Below, piece after piece: positions 1 to 10,348 of a stretch of 64,000 bases of DNA (positions are counted from its first letter, which is position 1; every line of letters begins with the position of its first letter). The stretch comes from Elusimicrobiales bacterium (GTDB taxonomy: Bacteria > Elusimicrobiota > Elusimicrobia > Elusimicrobiales > UBA9959). The stretch spans positions 325,553 to 389,552 of the forward strand of contig JBFXJL010000002.1 in the NCBI GenBank assembly GCA_050174915.1, given 5' to 3'. Both the position numbers and the translations under genes were made by a program. Below the pieces are notes generated by a model. The model did no database searches. It saw only the letters and a list, made by a program, of their open reading frames with translations, and was not told the DNA's origin.

Positions 1-4
1 CACG

Positions 5-3000
5 ATGCAGCCGGCCATACACCAGCTGCGCGTCAACCCGGCCCAGGTGGCCAAGGTCGCCTTCGGCAACGACCCCAGGTCCATGACCGCCGGCAAACTG
101 ACCGACAGGTTCGGCGAACTGCAGGTCTTTAAGGCGGAACTGCGGGACATGTTCGACAACCCGGCCGTCGCCACGGCCCCGGTGCAGGTGGCCCTGTCTA
201 CCCATACCCGCCAGCCCTCGCTGATCAACGACTCCTTCGCGTTCTCCACGGCCAGCGCGCTGTCCGGCGCCTTCCCGCCTGTGTTCGCCTCCACGGTCTC
301 CGCTATCCAGATCCCGCTGGACGGCTACACGGCCACTTTCTATTACCTCGACACCACCGCCTCTTCGGTCTACGCCTCGTCGATGACGCCGGTGCGGCCC
401 ATCGTCAAGGTGGAGGTGCCGGAGCGCGAGGGCTGGGCTTCTTCCACCCAGTCCGTGACCATCATGCCCGACCTGACCTATCGCGTGAATGTCAGCTACA
501 ACGCCGGGCAGGTACTCACGGCCGGCGCCACCTCGCAGATGTTCCAACTGTCGATAGAGGATCATTACGGCAATCCTACCCCGGTGGCCAGCGGCCAGGA
601 GGACGCCCTGGGCGCCGGTATAGCCTTCTCGCTGGCCTCCGACTCGGCCGGCCAAGTAAAGTTCTCCTCTCCGGACCCCGACGCCTTCGCCGCCCAGCCC
701 GGTTCGGCCAGAATGTTCCTCGGCCAAGCCACTACCAGCTTCTACCTGATAGACACCCTGGTTTCCGACCCAACGCACCAGCTGCTTATCAATACGACCC
801 AGTCCAAGGGTTGGCTGCCGGCCGTCTCTTCCTACACCGTCACCCCGGCCTCTCCGGACCATGTCCTCTTCTACACCCCGCAGCGCCGCCTGGTGGCCGG
901 CACCACGGTGCAGTACGCCGACTATACCACGGACCTTGCCACGCCTACCGTGGTCACAGTGGCTCTCAAGGACGCGTACGATAACAACACCACTACCAAT
1001 ACGCAGGTCACCGTGCGCCTGTCCGCCCTGCGCAACAGCACCTACGGCGGCATAGACCCGTCCACCGCCACCGTCTCTTCCAATCCCAGCTGGAAGCTGC
1101 TGCTGACCAACCCGCTTGACCTGGACATCCCGGCCGGCTACTCTTTCGCCAACTTCTATGTCTGGGACACGATAGTGGGCACGGCCGCCATCACGGCCAA
1201 CGCTTATATCTCCGCAGGCAATATCACCCTGCCCCAGGTTTCCCAGGACCAGTACATCACGCCCAGCACGGCCGCGTACTTCACCCTGCACCACACGTAC
1301 ACGATAGCCAGCCCGCTGCGCGTGCAGACCCCCGGTTATATAACGCTGCGCGCCCGCGACCAGTACGGCAACGTGGCAGCCGGCGACCCGGTGAACGGCC
1401 GGTACTACACCGGCAAGATCAACATGGTCACCAATTCCAAGGGGTCGGCCGACCTGCGCGACTATATCACCAACGCCACCGATTACACCTTCGTGCCGGC
1501 CGACCGCGGCGAACGCACCCTGATGCTTTACGACACGATGGTGGAGACGCTGCGTATCAACGTTACGGACTACCAGCGCCCCGGAGTCTTCGGCCACACT
1601 TCCGACAACGGCCGCGGCCTGCCGCAGGGCTCCAGCGCCGACCTGGTGCTGTCGGGCCTGGTGATCAACCCCAGGGACATGGCCCCCGAGGACCCGCTGC
1701 CCGTTTCCAAGACCTCTATCGGCATCAGCAAGAACGCCATCTACCAGGGCGACGGCGTGATAGCCGACATTCCCGCCCCCGTGCCCATGCTGCGCCTTAC
1801 GATGCAGACGCAGCCGGTGGGCTCGCCGCCCGCCTACCTCAAGTCGGTGCAGCTCAAGAGCTCCGGCACGCTGTCCTACTCCGACATCGTGGAGATCGGC
1901 ATGTACGCCGACAACCCGTCCTCCGGCCAGCTGGGCCTCTTCGACGGCGAGACCGCGCTGGGCGCCCCCCCGGTGGATATCTTCATGTCCAGCGGCACCT
2001 GGGACCCCGGCCTGATGGGCTGGAAGTTCGAGGACCTCAATACCAAGGTCTCCACCGCCGCCATCGTCTCCGACACGGCCCGCAACTTCTTCTTCGCGGT
2101 GCGCATGTCCACCGTGGCGGCCACCCCGCGCAGCTTCGCGGTGGCCCTGGACAACCCGTCGTTCGTGGTGCTCAGCTCCACGTTCGTGGGCGTCGCCTAC
2201 AACAACTTCCCGATCGTCACCGCCACCTCGCCGGTGCGCAACCAGCCCGCCACGGTGCTGGTCCAGGCCCGGGATATCGGCGCCTGGTGGCAGGCCGGCG
2301 TGGACGCGGGCCAGTACGATTACGTGGAGCAGGGCACCGAGCGCGCCGGCTTCCTGGCCATCAGCGCCTGGACCGACAATTTCATCGGCACGATCAAGTC
2401 GTTCAGGATCATCAAGACCGGCACCGGCTCCGGCCAGGACCTCAAGAGCGTGCGCCTGTTCCTCGACGACGGCGACGGGGAGTTCGGCCAGGCCATCGAT
2501 AAAGAGGTCACGGACCCGGCCAACCCGCCCACGTTCAACCCGGCCGACCCCGGCACCTATCTGCTGCCGCTCTACAACCCCGGGCTGGACGGCGCCGTCT
2601 CCATAAGCACCCGGACCTACTTCGTGGTCTACGAGTTCCAGCCCGACGCGGTCCCGAACATGACCCACGGCGCGCGCCTGGAAAACTCCGGCGTCAGCCT
2701 GATCGACGGCGTCGTGGGCGCCTTCACGCCGGTGGCCTCCTCCACCGTGCCGCTGTACGCCACCGCCGACCTGGTCAACCTGGTGGACGTTAACCGCGCG
2801 GCCCCGAACGACTTCAGCAAGCCCTCTTTCGTCACGCAGAACGACGTCAACAAGCCGGTGGCCCGCCTGACGATGAAGGTCACCGACACCATCGGCTCGG
2901 CGGTCTGGCGCGGCCTGAAGCTGGACCGCTGGGTGACCGCCTCCGAGAACGGCGGCACGGACGCCTGGAACATGGTCACCGACGTCAAGCGCATCAGCCT

Positions 3001-6000
3001 CTGGCACGATTCCACCGGCGACGGCCTGCTGCAGACCACCACCACCGTAAAAGACACCGAGGTGGTGCTGCTGGGCGCCAACACCCGCAACTTCCCCTAC
3101 GACACGCTCAAGGCGCCGCTGGTCTCCACCGACACGGTGATCCGCGTGACCGACATCCAGAAGTTCTTCCCGTCGGACAGCCCCTTCCCGATGGCGCCCG
3201 GCCGGCTGATCATCAACGACGCCCAGCCCGATCCCGCGCTCAAGGAAGTCGTCTACTACGCTTCCGTAGACGTGCTGACCAACTCTTTCGGCAACCTGAC
3301 GCGCGGCGCCGAGGGCACTACCCAGGTGGAGTGGTCCAGCGGCACCGTCATCTCGGGCCAGGCCGTGCTGCCGCTGATCGGCGACGGCACCAGCCTCGAC
3401 GGCCAGGCGATCTTCTCCGAGCCCCGCGACTATTTCATCACTTACGACATCGACCCGCTGGCCAACGTTTCCAACTTCTCCTACCTGGGCATGGCGATGC
3501 GCAGCACGGACTACTTCTATATCGAGGCGCCCAAACTGATGAGCCAGGCCAACGTGGGCGTGACGGCTCCGGGCAAGACGCTGTCGCTGGTGGGCCGCGT
3601 GAACGAGTACGCCGACTCGGTCATAGTCACGGCTTCGGACACTTTCACCGGGGATAACCTGCAGCAGCAGGCCGTCAACCAGCCTATCCTGGACTTCACC
3701 ATGAAGACGGACGTGGCCGACGCGATCTGGCGCTGGATGCTGGTCTACGCCACCGGCACCGCCGTCCGGGACGGCACCGCCGTGCCCGACGTGTCCGCCG
3801 TGAAGGTCTGGTACGACAAGGATAACAACGGCTTCCTGGGCGGCATCGACGAAGAGGTCGGCTCCGGCACCTTCGGCAACACGATCTACGGCCCGCTGGT
3901 GGCCAGGGTTGCGCTCTCCCAGGAGCAGCGCATCGTGACCTCGGAGAAGGCCTCGCTGGACAATACTTCCAGGCGCTACTTCCTGACCTACGATATCAGG
4001 GACTCCGCCATGCCCAACGACGCGCTGGGCAACCCCCGGTACCTGGGCGCCTACCTGAAGCCGGAGTCCTTCCCGCAGGGCAGCCCGAGCTTCGACGACG
4101 CGTCCAAGAACGCGCTGTCGCTGCCCAACAAGTTCTTCCCCGACGACTCCAACCTGACCTATGTCTCCAGGGTCCGGGAGATCATCTCTTCGCCCAGCAC
4201 CGTTACGGTGAATACCGAGCCGGTCTTCGCCTTCGAGGGCGGCTCCTCCTTCCCGAACCTGCGCCTCACGCAGGACGTGGTGAGCCCCGGCCCGATGGAC
4301 GCCGCCTGGCTGGTCACTTCCACCGCCGGCATCCCGTCCTCGGGTTACGCGATGGTGGACAACGAGATCGTGCAGTACGCCGGCACCGCCGCGGGCGCGC
4401 TGACCATGGTCACCCGCGGCGTCTTCAGCACGCCGGTGGTGAACCACTCCTCCGGCGCCGCCGTGGGCGGCATGGTGCGGCAGGGCTGGGACAATTATCC
4501 CTTGATGAAGATGACGCTGACCACGGCCGGCTACGGCGTGCGCTGGCGCGGCTTCCGGCTCTCGCGCATGCAGCCCTCGGGCCTCAACGGCTACGACTCC
4601 GACGTCAGCATGGTCAAGGTCTGGAAAGACAACGGCAACGGCGTCTTCGACCGCGACCCCGTGACCGGCATGAACACCTCCGACGTGCTGGTGGGCAGCG
4701 CCCGCTTCGGCGAGAACGACCCGGTAGGCAAGGCCACCGTCTACGTGGCCGACCCGGCCCTGGCCAACCAGGACTACGTCGTGGTCAGCGCTACCCCGAC
4801 CATGGTCTTCGTCACCATGGACATAGACCGGGCTTCCAGGTTCTCGCACCAGCTGCTGACGCCGCAGAACGATGTGCTGGGCGTCGAGGTGCCGTTCGAG
4901 AGCAACTTCCTCTTCGGGCCGGACAACTCGGGCCACGTCGCCGATTTCCTTAATCCCGCCGCCAGCGCCATGAACGTCATGATGCCCACGCTCAACGATG
5001 TCACCCTGGAGCCCGAGGACATCTCCCCGGTGGCCGCCGTGCAGAACGATAAGAACGTCGGCCTGCTGGCGCTGCACATGAAGGTGGACAAGACCTCGGC
5101 CCTGCTCGAGGCCGTCAAGCTGCGCCGCCTCGGCACCGCCGCGGATTCCGACATAGACCTTATCAAGGTCTGGCGGGACTCCAACGATAACTGCATCCTG
5201 GACTCCGTGGACACGGCCTCCACCACGGCCGGGCTGTATCCGAACCTGATGAGCTATGGCAACGAGGCCTATTCCTCCAGCACCATCAACGTGGTGCTCA
5301 AGACGCCTATAGTCATCACGACTTCCCCGTCCTGCGCCTTCATCAGCTATGACCTCTCCCAGTTCGCTATAGTGGGTTCCACCACGGCCCTGAACCTGGG
5401 CGGCGTCGCCGACCTGACTATCGGTATCCCCAACACGGTCACTATGACCACCTGGCCCGTCAACACGATGCCTATCAAGATCCAGGAGATAGCGTCCGAC
5501 GTCAGGCTGGGCGCCAACGACATGGCGGCCGCGCTGCTGCAGTCCGGCGGCGTAGGCCAGGCCCAGGTCGGCGTGCCCATGCTGCGCTTCAACCTGACCA
5601 CCGAAGCCGGCAACGCCCGCTGGAGCGCGGTCAAGGTACAGCGCACCGGCGCCTCCAACGACCCGAACGCGCCGTTCGGCAAGAACACGGACGTCAAGTT
5701 CGTGTCCATCTATCAGGACTCCAACCAGAACGACATCTTGGACGTCAACGACGTCAACATCTCGGAGGCCCGGACCGCGCTGGCCGAAGCGCTCTCGTCC
5801 ACGGCCACGGTGCCGTTCCAGCTGGTGCTGGACTCCACCGCGGGCTTCCCTTCCGCCGGCCGGCTTTATGTCAGCGACGCCGAGCTGATGACCTACAGCG
5901 GCAGCGGCCTCTCCGCCTCCGGCAAGCCGTACCTGAACGTCACCGTCCGGGGTGAGCGCCTGGGCGACTTCATAACGCCGCTGGTCAACCATCCTGCCGG

Positions 6001-8461
6001 CGCCAGGGTGCGCAAGGTGGACCTGTTCGACCAGGAAAACGCCCTGAACACCCAGATCTCTATCAGCCTGGCCCAGACGCAGACCCTAAGCCCCCTGGCC
6101 CAGACGTTCTTCGCCGTCTACGACATCGGCGAAATGGCCGTGAAGGCCAACAAGGTGGGCCTGATGATCCGCGACCGCTCGTGGCTCACGGTCAACGTGC
6201 CGCACGACATTGCGGCGCAGGTGTACATGAACATAGACAAGGCGCTGCCGCAGGGTACCTATACCGGCGAGTACCCCGTCGCGTCCAGCCTCGTCCCCAT
6301 CCGGGCCATCACGCTGGCCGTCAGCGGCACCAACATCTCGCCCAGATCGGCCCAGAAGGACACCAGGAACGTCCCGTTGGTCACGCTCGATCTGTCCACG
6401 CTCTCGGACTTCGTGGCCATAGGCCAGGTCAATTTCACCCAGGGCGGCACCATCAGCAGCGCTACCGTGGGCCTGGGCGACGGCGACCTGACCCGGGTCT
6501 CCCTCTGGAAGGACGACGGCGACGGCGCCTTCAGCCCGATCACGGACTACCGGCTGGGTTCGGCCGTGCATTCCTCCACGAACCCCTTTGAGAGCCGGAT
6601 ACAGGTATCCATCATGGACGGCAATCTGCCTTACCTGATCGTTTCTACCTCGAGCATGATCCTGCACCTCACCTGCGACATCAGTTCCGGCACGGACCTG
6701 TCCGGCGCCGACACCCTGGGCCACCTGGCCAGCGTATCCCTGGCCGCGTTCTCGGACCTGCGCGGCCTCGGCGGGCTGCCGCTGGCCGCCGGCCAGAACT
6801 TCACCGACGTTTACCCGATCGCCTCCAACCAGGTGCTGGTCGCGCCGGCCATCATCCCGCTGACGCCGGTGTACAAGAACATCATGCTGGCCTCCAACGG
6901 CTATCCCGCCTACGCGGTGACCGATTCCAGCGGCAACGTGCTGTTGGGCGCCGGCAACCTGCCTGTGGCCGACCCGAGCTACTGGATCTATAACTACACC
7001 GCCTCCGGCTGCCGCGCCGACGAGCCGCTGATAGACATTAACGGCGACGGCCGGCCGGACAACTACGACTTCTACGGCTCCGGCAAGTGCGTCAACGTCA
7101 CGCTGAACAATTCCGGCCTGCCTTCCTTCGACATCAACGGCGACGGCCTGCTGGACTTCGAGTCCAACCTGGACTACGTGCCCGACAAGATCGTGGACGA
7201 CGGCACCGGCAAACCGCTCTACTTCATAGGCGACTTCGTGAAGAACGCTAACCTGCTGCTGGCCGTCTCCGACCTGGGCGCCGTGCCCTCGGCCTGGTCG
7301 GCCAAGACCACCGAGCTGCCGGCCCTGTGGAACCCCGCTTCCGGAGCCGTGGACTCCTACGAGGTCTCCCTGGGCGGCAATTTCGAGGACCCTACGGGCA
7401 TCAAGAATTCCTGGCAGTCCGTGGGCGCGGCCCTGGGCGGAAGCGTGACCAACGTGGCCCTGTCCCCCGGGCATATCACCAAGCTGACCAGCCGCATAGA
7501 GGTCAACACCTCCTCTTTCACGGTGCAGTCCACCGAGGGCTTCGCCACCGAAGGTATCGTCTATGTCGGCAACGAGATCATGCTGGTCAGGAAGGTCGAC
7601 GGCGTCACCTTCGCCGTGCAGCAGCGCGGCGTGCAGGGCTCGTTCAAGGGCCCGCATACGGCCTGGGGCGAGGCCGTGTCCGACCGCGGCTACGTTCTTT
7701 CCGTGCGCGGCAAGATGGCGGACGGGCGCTACGTGCCCAGCGAGAACGGCGTACCTGTGCTGATCTACCGCATCGACACTAGTTATCCGTCCGTCCCCGG
7801 CGCCCCCGAGCCCCAGGTGGCCAAGGGCGTGGCCTCGGGCCAGGTGTATACGCTCAAGTGGAACGCGGCCGACGACCCCGAGTCTAATATCATGTCCTAT
7901 GAGGTGCAGGAGCGGGAGGGCACCAGCCCCGTCTGGAAGACCATAGCGGCCATCCCCGGCTTCAAGACCGGCGGCGCCGTTAATAATATATATTCCGTGG
8001 GCGACGTCTCCGTGCCCGGAGAGACCCCGCGCAAGACCGGCACCTACTACACCTACCGGGTGCGCAGCTGGAACTTTGCCGGCATCCACTCGGAGTGGTC
8101 CACGGTCTCCACCCCGGCCGGCACCACCATAGGAGAGGAGCTGATCAGCAAGGTTTCCAGCTTCCCGAACCCCGTGGACCTGCGCAAGGGCGGCGTGGAG
8201 GGCAGGGTGGACATCACCTATACCCTTAACGATAACGCCGAAGTGACAATGACCATCTACGACCTCCTGGGTTACGTGGTCAAGGAATTCCGCTTCTCCA
8301 GCGGTTCTGACGGCGGCAAGCTGGGGCCCAACCACGTGCTGTGGGACGGCAAGAACGGCCTGGGCGGCACCGTGTCCAAGGGCGGCTATATAGTGCGCGT
8401 GAAGGCCTCCAGCCCCAAGGGCAGCAAGGTCATTCTTCGCAAGATAGGCGTTATACATTAA
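5..8461 (+). CDS. Giant (>=2818 aa) secreted surface/adhesin-like protein. It has repeated beta-rich modules with DxDxDG-like loops, one fibronectin type III domain and a C-terminal FlgD-Ig / T9SS-sorting-like domain. The true N-terminus may lie upstream of the window.
   Basis: The ORF is uninterrupted for 8.4 kb. Seven recurring '(V/I)x(V/L/I)(W/Y/F)xD..(D/N)G' motifs start at nt 2450, 2993, 3800, 4612, 5162, 5702 and 6496. 'DINGDG' loops lie at nt ~7030-7160. An FN3-like signature 'YTLKWNAADDPESNIMSYEVQ...YYTYRVRSWNFAGIHSEWS' lies at nt ~7787-8125. The C-terminal 'FPNPVDLRKGG...TMTIYDLLGYVVKEF...WDGKNGLGGTVSKGGYIVRVKA' (nt ~8152-8458) resembles FlgD-Ig / Por-secretion-tail domains. The ORF starts 4 nt from the window edge. 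Confidence 0.85.
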   Translation: MQPAIHQLRVNPAQVAKVAFGNDPRSMTAGKLTDRFGELQVFKAELRDMFDNPAVATAPVQVALSTHTRQPSLINDSFAFSTASALSGAFPPVFASTVSAIQIPLDGYTATFYYLDTTASSVYASSMTPVRPIVKVEVPEREGWASSTQSVTIMPDLTYRVNVSYNAGQVLTAGATSQMFQLSIEDHYGNPTPVASGQEDALGAGIAFSLASDSAGQVKFSSPDPDAFAAQPGSARMFLGQATTSFYLIDTLVSDPTHQLLINTTQSKGWLPAVSSYTVTPASPDHVLFYTPQRRLVAGTTVQYADYTTDLATPTVVTVALKDAYDNNTTTNTQVTVRLSALRNSTYGGIDPSTATVSSNPSWKLLLTNPLDLDIPAGYSFANFYVWDTIVGTAAITANAYISAGNITLPQVSQDQYITPSTAAYFTLHHTYTIASPLRVQTPGYITLRARDQYGNVAAGDPVNGRYYTGKINMVTNSKGSADLRDYITNATDYTFVPADRGERTLMLYDTMVETLRINVTDYQRPGVFGHTSDNGRGLPQGSSADLVLSGLVINPRDMAPEDPLPVSKTSIGISKNAIYQGDGVIADIPAPVPMLRLTMQTQPVGSPPAYLKSVQLKSSGTLSYSDIVEIGMYADNPSSGQLGLFDGETALGAPPVDIFMSSGTWDPGLMGWKFEDLNTKVSTAAIVSDTARNFFFAVRMSTVAATPRSFAVALDNPSFVVLSSTFVGVAYNNFPIVTATSPVRNQPATVLVQARDIGAWWQAGVDAGQYDYVEQGTERAGFLAISAWTDNFIGTIKSFRIIKTGTGSGQDLKSVRLFLDDGDGEFGQAIDKEVTDPANPPTFNPADPGTYLLPLYNPGLDGAVSISTRTYFVVYEFQPDAVPNMTHGARLENSGVSLIDGVVGAFTPVASSTVPLYATADLVNLVDVNRAAPNDFSKPSFVTQNDVNKPVARLTMKVTDTIGSAVWRGLKLDRWVTASENGGTDAWNMVTDVKRISLWHDSTGDGLLQTTTTVKDTEVVLLGANTRNFPYDTLKAPLVSTDTVIRVTDIQKFFPSDSPFPMAPGRLIINDAQPDPALKEVVYYASVDVLTNSFGNLTRGAEGTTQVEWSSGTVISGQAVLPLIGDGTSLDGQAIFSEPRDYFITYDIDPLANVSNFSYLGMAMRSTDYFYIEAPKLMSQANVGVTAPGKTLSLVGRVNEYADSVIVTASDTFTGDNLQQQAVNQPILDFTMKTDVADAIWRWMLVYATGTAVRDGTAVPDVSAVKVWYDKDNNGFLGGIDEEVGSGTFGNTIYGPLVARVALSQEQRIVTSEKASLDNTSRRYFLTYDIRDSAMPNDALGNPRYLGAYLKPESFPQGSPSFDDASKNALSLPNKFFPDDSNLTYVSRVREIISSPSTVTVNTEPVFAFEGGSSFPNLRLTQDVVSPGPMDAAWLVTSTAGIPSSGYAMVDNEIVQYAGTAAGALTMVTRGVFSTPVVNHSSGAAVGGMVRQGWDNYPLMKMTLTTAGYGVRWRGFRLSRMQPSGLNGYDSDVSMVKVWKDNGNGVFDRDPVTGMNTSDVLVGSARFGENDPVGKATVYVADPALANQDYVVVSATPTMVFVTMDIDRASRFSHQLLTPQNDVLGVEVPFESNFLFGPDNSGHVADFLNPAASAMNVMMPTLNDVTLEPEDISPVAAVQNDKNVGLLALHMKVDKTSALLEAVKLRRLGTAADSDIDLIKVWRDSNDNCILDSVDTASTTAGLYPNLMSYGNEAYSSSTINVVLKTPIVITTSPSCAFISYDLSQFAIVGSTTALNLGGVADLTIGIPNTVTMTTWPVNTMPIKIQEIASDVRLGANDMAAALLQSGGVGQAQVGVPMLRFNLTTEAGNARWSAVKVQRTGASNDPNAPFGKNTDVKFVSIYQDSNQNDILDVNDVNISEARTALAEALSSTATVPFQLVLDSTAGFPSAGRLYVSDAELMTYSGSGLSASGKPYLNVTVRGERLGDFITPLVNHPAGARVRKVDLFDQENALNTQISISLAQTQTLSPLAQTFFAVYDIGEMAVKANKVGLMIRDRSWLTVNVPHDIAAQVYMNIDKALPQGTYTGEYPVASSLVPIRAITLAVSGTNISPRSAQKDTRNVPLVTLDLSTLSDFVAIGQVNFTQGGTISSATVGLGDGDLTRVSLWKDDGDGAFSPITDYRLGSAVHSSTNPFESRIQVSIMDGNLPYLIVSTSSMILHLTCDISSGTDLSGADTLGHLASVSLAAFSDLRGLGGLPLAAGQNFTDVYPIASNQVLVAPAIIPLTPVYKNIMLASNGYPAYAVTDSSGNVLLGAGNLPVADPSYWIYNYTASGCRADEPLIDINGDGRPDNYDFYGSGKCVNVTLNNSGLPSFDINGDGLLDFESNLDYVPDKIVDDGTGKPLYFIGDFVKNANLLLAVSDLGAVPSAWSAKTTELPALWNPASGAVDSYEVSLGGNFEDPTGIKNSWQSVGAALGGSVTNVALSPGHITKLTSRIEVNTSSFTVQSTEGFATEGIVYVGNEIMLVRKVDGVTFAVQQRGVQGSFKGPHTAWGEAVSDRGYVLSVRGKMADGRYVPSENGVPVLIYRIDTSYPSVPGAPEPQVAKGVASGQVYTLKWNAADDPESNIMSYEVQEREGTSPVWKTIAAIPGFKTGGAVNNIYSVGDVSVPGETPRKTGTYYTYRVRSWNFAGIHSEWSTVSTPAGTTIGEELISKVSSFPNPVDLRKGGVEGRVDITYTLNDNAEVTMTIYDLLGYVVKEFRFSSGSDGGKLGPNHVLWDGKNGLGGTVSKGGYIVRVKASSPKGSKVILRKIGVIH

Positions 8462-8543
8462 GGGTTATTAGTATAAAGGGGGGGCTGGACAAGCGCCCGG
8501 CCAGGTGGTATACTATGGGTGTTGACATGTCAATGCCCTCCCC

Positions 8544-8571
8544 TTGACAAACCTGTTTAATGTGCTATAAT
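8544..8571 (+). promoter_or_regulatory. Near-consensus sigma70-type promoter (TTGACA-N16-TATAAT, with TGc immediately 5' of the -10) upstream of the OM beta-barrel gene
   Basis: TTGACA lies at 8544-8549 and TATAAT at 8566-8571, preceded by 'tgc'. This implies a ~120-nt 5' leader containing two small GC hairpins (gccgg..ccggc at ~8631-8646 and cccgct..agcggg at ~8662-8678). Confidence 0.55.
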
Positions 8572-8696
8572 ATTAATGCCGTAAATCTGTAACGAGTTTG
8601 TAATGCAGTACTGGTACGATAATAGCAAAGCCGGTGAAAGCCGGCGGCGCAAAGCTAAGACCCGCTAAGTGAGCGGGGGTCAGGCTGCCGAAAACA

Positions 8697-10313
8697 ATGA
8701 AACGCAATCTTTGTATTGCCTTTGCCCCCTTGGCTATATGGGCTGAAACGAAGCGTGTAATACGCTTCAGCCTTGCCATGGGGTTTTTTATTGCCTTTTC
8801 GGCGGCGGACGCCCTGGCCCAGGGCGGCGGCCAGCCCGGCCAGTTCATGAGCTACGGCGCCGGCGCGCGCGGCCTCGGCATGGGCGGCGCCTTCTTCGCG
8901 GTGGCCGACGACGCCTCCGCCTCCTACTGGAACCCCGCGGCCCTCACCCTGCTCGAGCGCAAAGAGTTCACCGCCATGCAGGCCACCCTGTTCGAGCAGA
9001 CCACGCTGAACTTCTTCACCTACGCGCACCCCACCAGCACCAAGGGCACCTGGGCCATCAGCATGACCCAGCTGCAGTCCACCGGCTTCGAGAAGATCTC
9101 CATAACCGCCAACCCCGGCGGAGACGAGATCATGGAGATCAAGACGCTCGGCACCTTCGACAGCACCGAGCGCGCGCTGGCCTTCTCCTGGGGCCGCGAA
9201 GTCTCCGACAAGCTGGCCTTCGGCATCATGGCCAAGAACATCAGCCGCTCGCTGGACACCTCCGTGGACTCCTTCAACGCCATCGATATAGCGATGCTCA
9301 ACAAGTTCTCCAAGACCTACCGCGCCGCGGTCGGCATCCAGAACGTCTTCTCCATGGCCTCGGGCGACACCGAGGATAAGCTGCCCCTGACCCTGAAGTT
9401 CGGCCAGGCGCTCTCCCTGTTCAAGGGCAGCCTGCTGTTCGGCTTCGACCTGAACAAGCCCCAGGGATCCTCCATGAACTGGCGCTTCGGCGGCGAGTAC
9501 TGGCTGATGTACTGGGCCGCGCTGCGCTTCGGCGTGCAGGGCGCCCCCGAGATTCAGGAGGCCGACTTCGGCCTCGGCATCAAGTACAAGAACCTCGGTT
9601 TCGACGTGGCCCAGGGCGTGCACGCGCTGGGGTCCACCACCCGCTTCTCCGTGACCCTGCGGATGGGTCAGAGCAACAAGGCCAAGCACGACCGCGAGGT
9701 GCGCGAGCTGGTGCGCCAGGCCCTGCAGTACTTCAAGAGCGGCTACTTCACCCGCGCCATGGAGAAACTGCGCGCCGCCATGGACGCCGATCCCGGCAAC
9801 CCCGAGGTGCGCCGCATGGTCACCCGCCTGCAGGGCGCCATCGACTACGTGCCGGACGCCACCGGCGGCGACGAGGTCCCCACGCTGACCCGCCGCGGCA
9901 TCATCTCCTACGTGGACGGCAAGGACCTGAAGGCCTCCGTGAACGTGCTGCGCCACGCCTTCAACAAGGACCCGAAGAACGACCGCCTGCTCTCCCTGCT
10001 GAACATGGTGGAGAAGGAAGCCGGCGTGAGCGAGCTCACCCGCAAGCCCGAGGGCCCCGAAATCTTCACCTATATCGACCAGCGCACCTACGACGCCCGC
10101 GCGGCCATCTACGACGGCAAGTACGACCTGGCCATGAAGCGCGCCCAGGACATCCTGGACCTCGAGCCCAACAACGAGACCGCCCTCGAGATCATGGGCA
10201 GCGCGTTCTACCTGATGGACCAGAAAGACAAGGCCAAGGTCATCTGGGAAAAGGTCGTGGAGATCAACCCCAACAACACGATGGTCAAGAACTTCCTGCG
10301 CCAGGTGAAATAA
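8697..10313 (+). CDS. Outer-membrane beta-barrel protein (PorV/PorQ/FadL-like N-terminal signature) fused to C-terminal TPR repeats
   Basis: The N-terminus is signal-like. The motif 'YGAGARGLGMGGAFFAVADDASASYWNPAAL' is typical of PorV/PorQ/UPF0164-type barrels as I recall them. The body alternates beta-strand-like segments rich in G, F and Y. The C-terminal ~190 aa has TPR-like repeats ('ALQYFKSGYFTRAMEKLRAAMDADPGNPE', 'AIYDGKYDLAMKRAQDILDLEPNNETA'). The start codon is uncertain (8697 or the Met at ~8778). Confidence 0.7.
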   Translation: MKRNLCIAFAPLAIWAETKRVIRFSLAMGFFIAFSAADALAQGGGQPGQFMSYGAGARGLGMGGAFFAVADDASASYWNPAALTLLERKEFTAMQATLFEQTTLNFFTYAHPTSTKGTWAISMTQLQSTGFEKISITANPGGDEIMEIKTLGTFDSTERALAFSWGREVSDKLAFGIMAKNISRSLDTSVDSFNAIDIAMLNKFSKTYRAAVGIQNVFSMASGDTEDKLPLTLKFGQALSLFKGSLLFGFDLNKPQGSSMNWRFGGEYWLMYWAALRFGVQGAPEIQEADFGLGIKYKNLGFDVAQGVHALGSTTRFSVTLRMGQSNKAKHDREVRELVRQALQYFKSGYFTRAMEKLRAAMDADPGNPEVRRMVTRLQGAIDYVPDATGGDEVPTLTRRGIISYVDGKDLKASVNVLRHAFNKDPKNDRLLSLLNMVEKEAGVSELTRKPEGPEIFTYIDQRTYDARAAIYDGKYDLAMKRAQDILDLEPNNETALEIMGSAFYLMDQKDKAKVIWEKVVEINPNNTMVKNFLRQVK

Positions 10314-10348
10314 CCCAGGCGCAGGCGGGGCGGGGAGGGCAGGCCGGT

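Noticed and set aside
6086-8458. 790-aa ORF on the minus strand, antisense to the giant surface-protein gene
   Set aside because: This is a typical high-GC shadow ORF. Its composition is G/A/R/H/V/L-rich with no recognisable motif, and it lies fully inside a much longer ORF that carries clear FN3 and C-terminal-domain signatures.
8586-8625. A sigma-28 (FliA)-type promoter: 'gagttt' ... 'cgataa' upstream of the barrel gene, and 'cgataaag' at 10710 upstream of the FliG-like gene
   Set aside because: CGATAA resembles the sigma-28 -10 element. However, the spacing from any TAAAGTTT-like element is ~15 nt instead of ~11 nt at 8596-8623, and no -35 element is present at 10690-10705. This is not supportable by eye.
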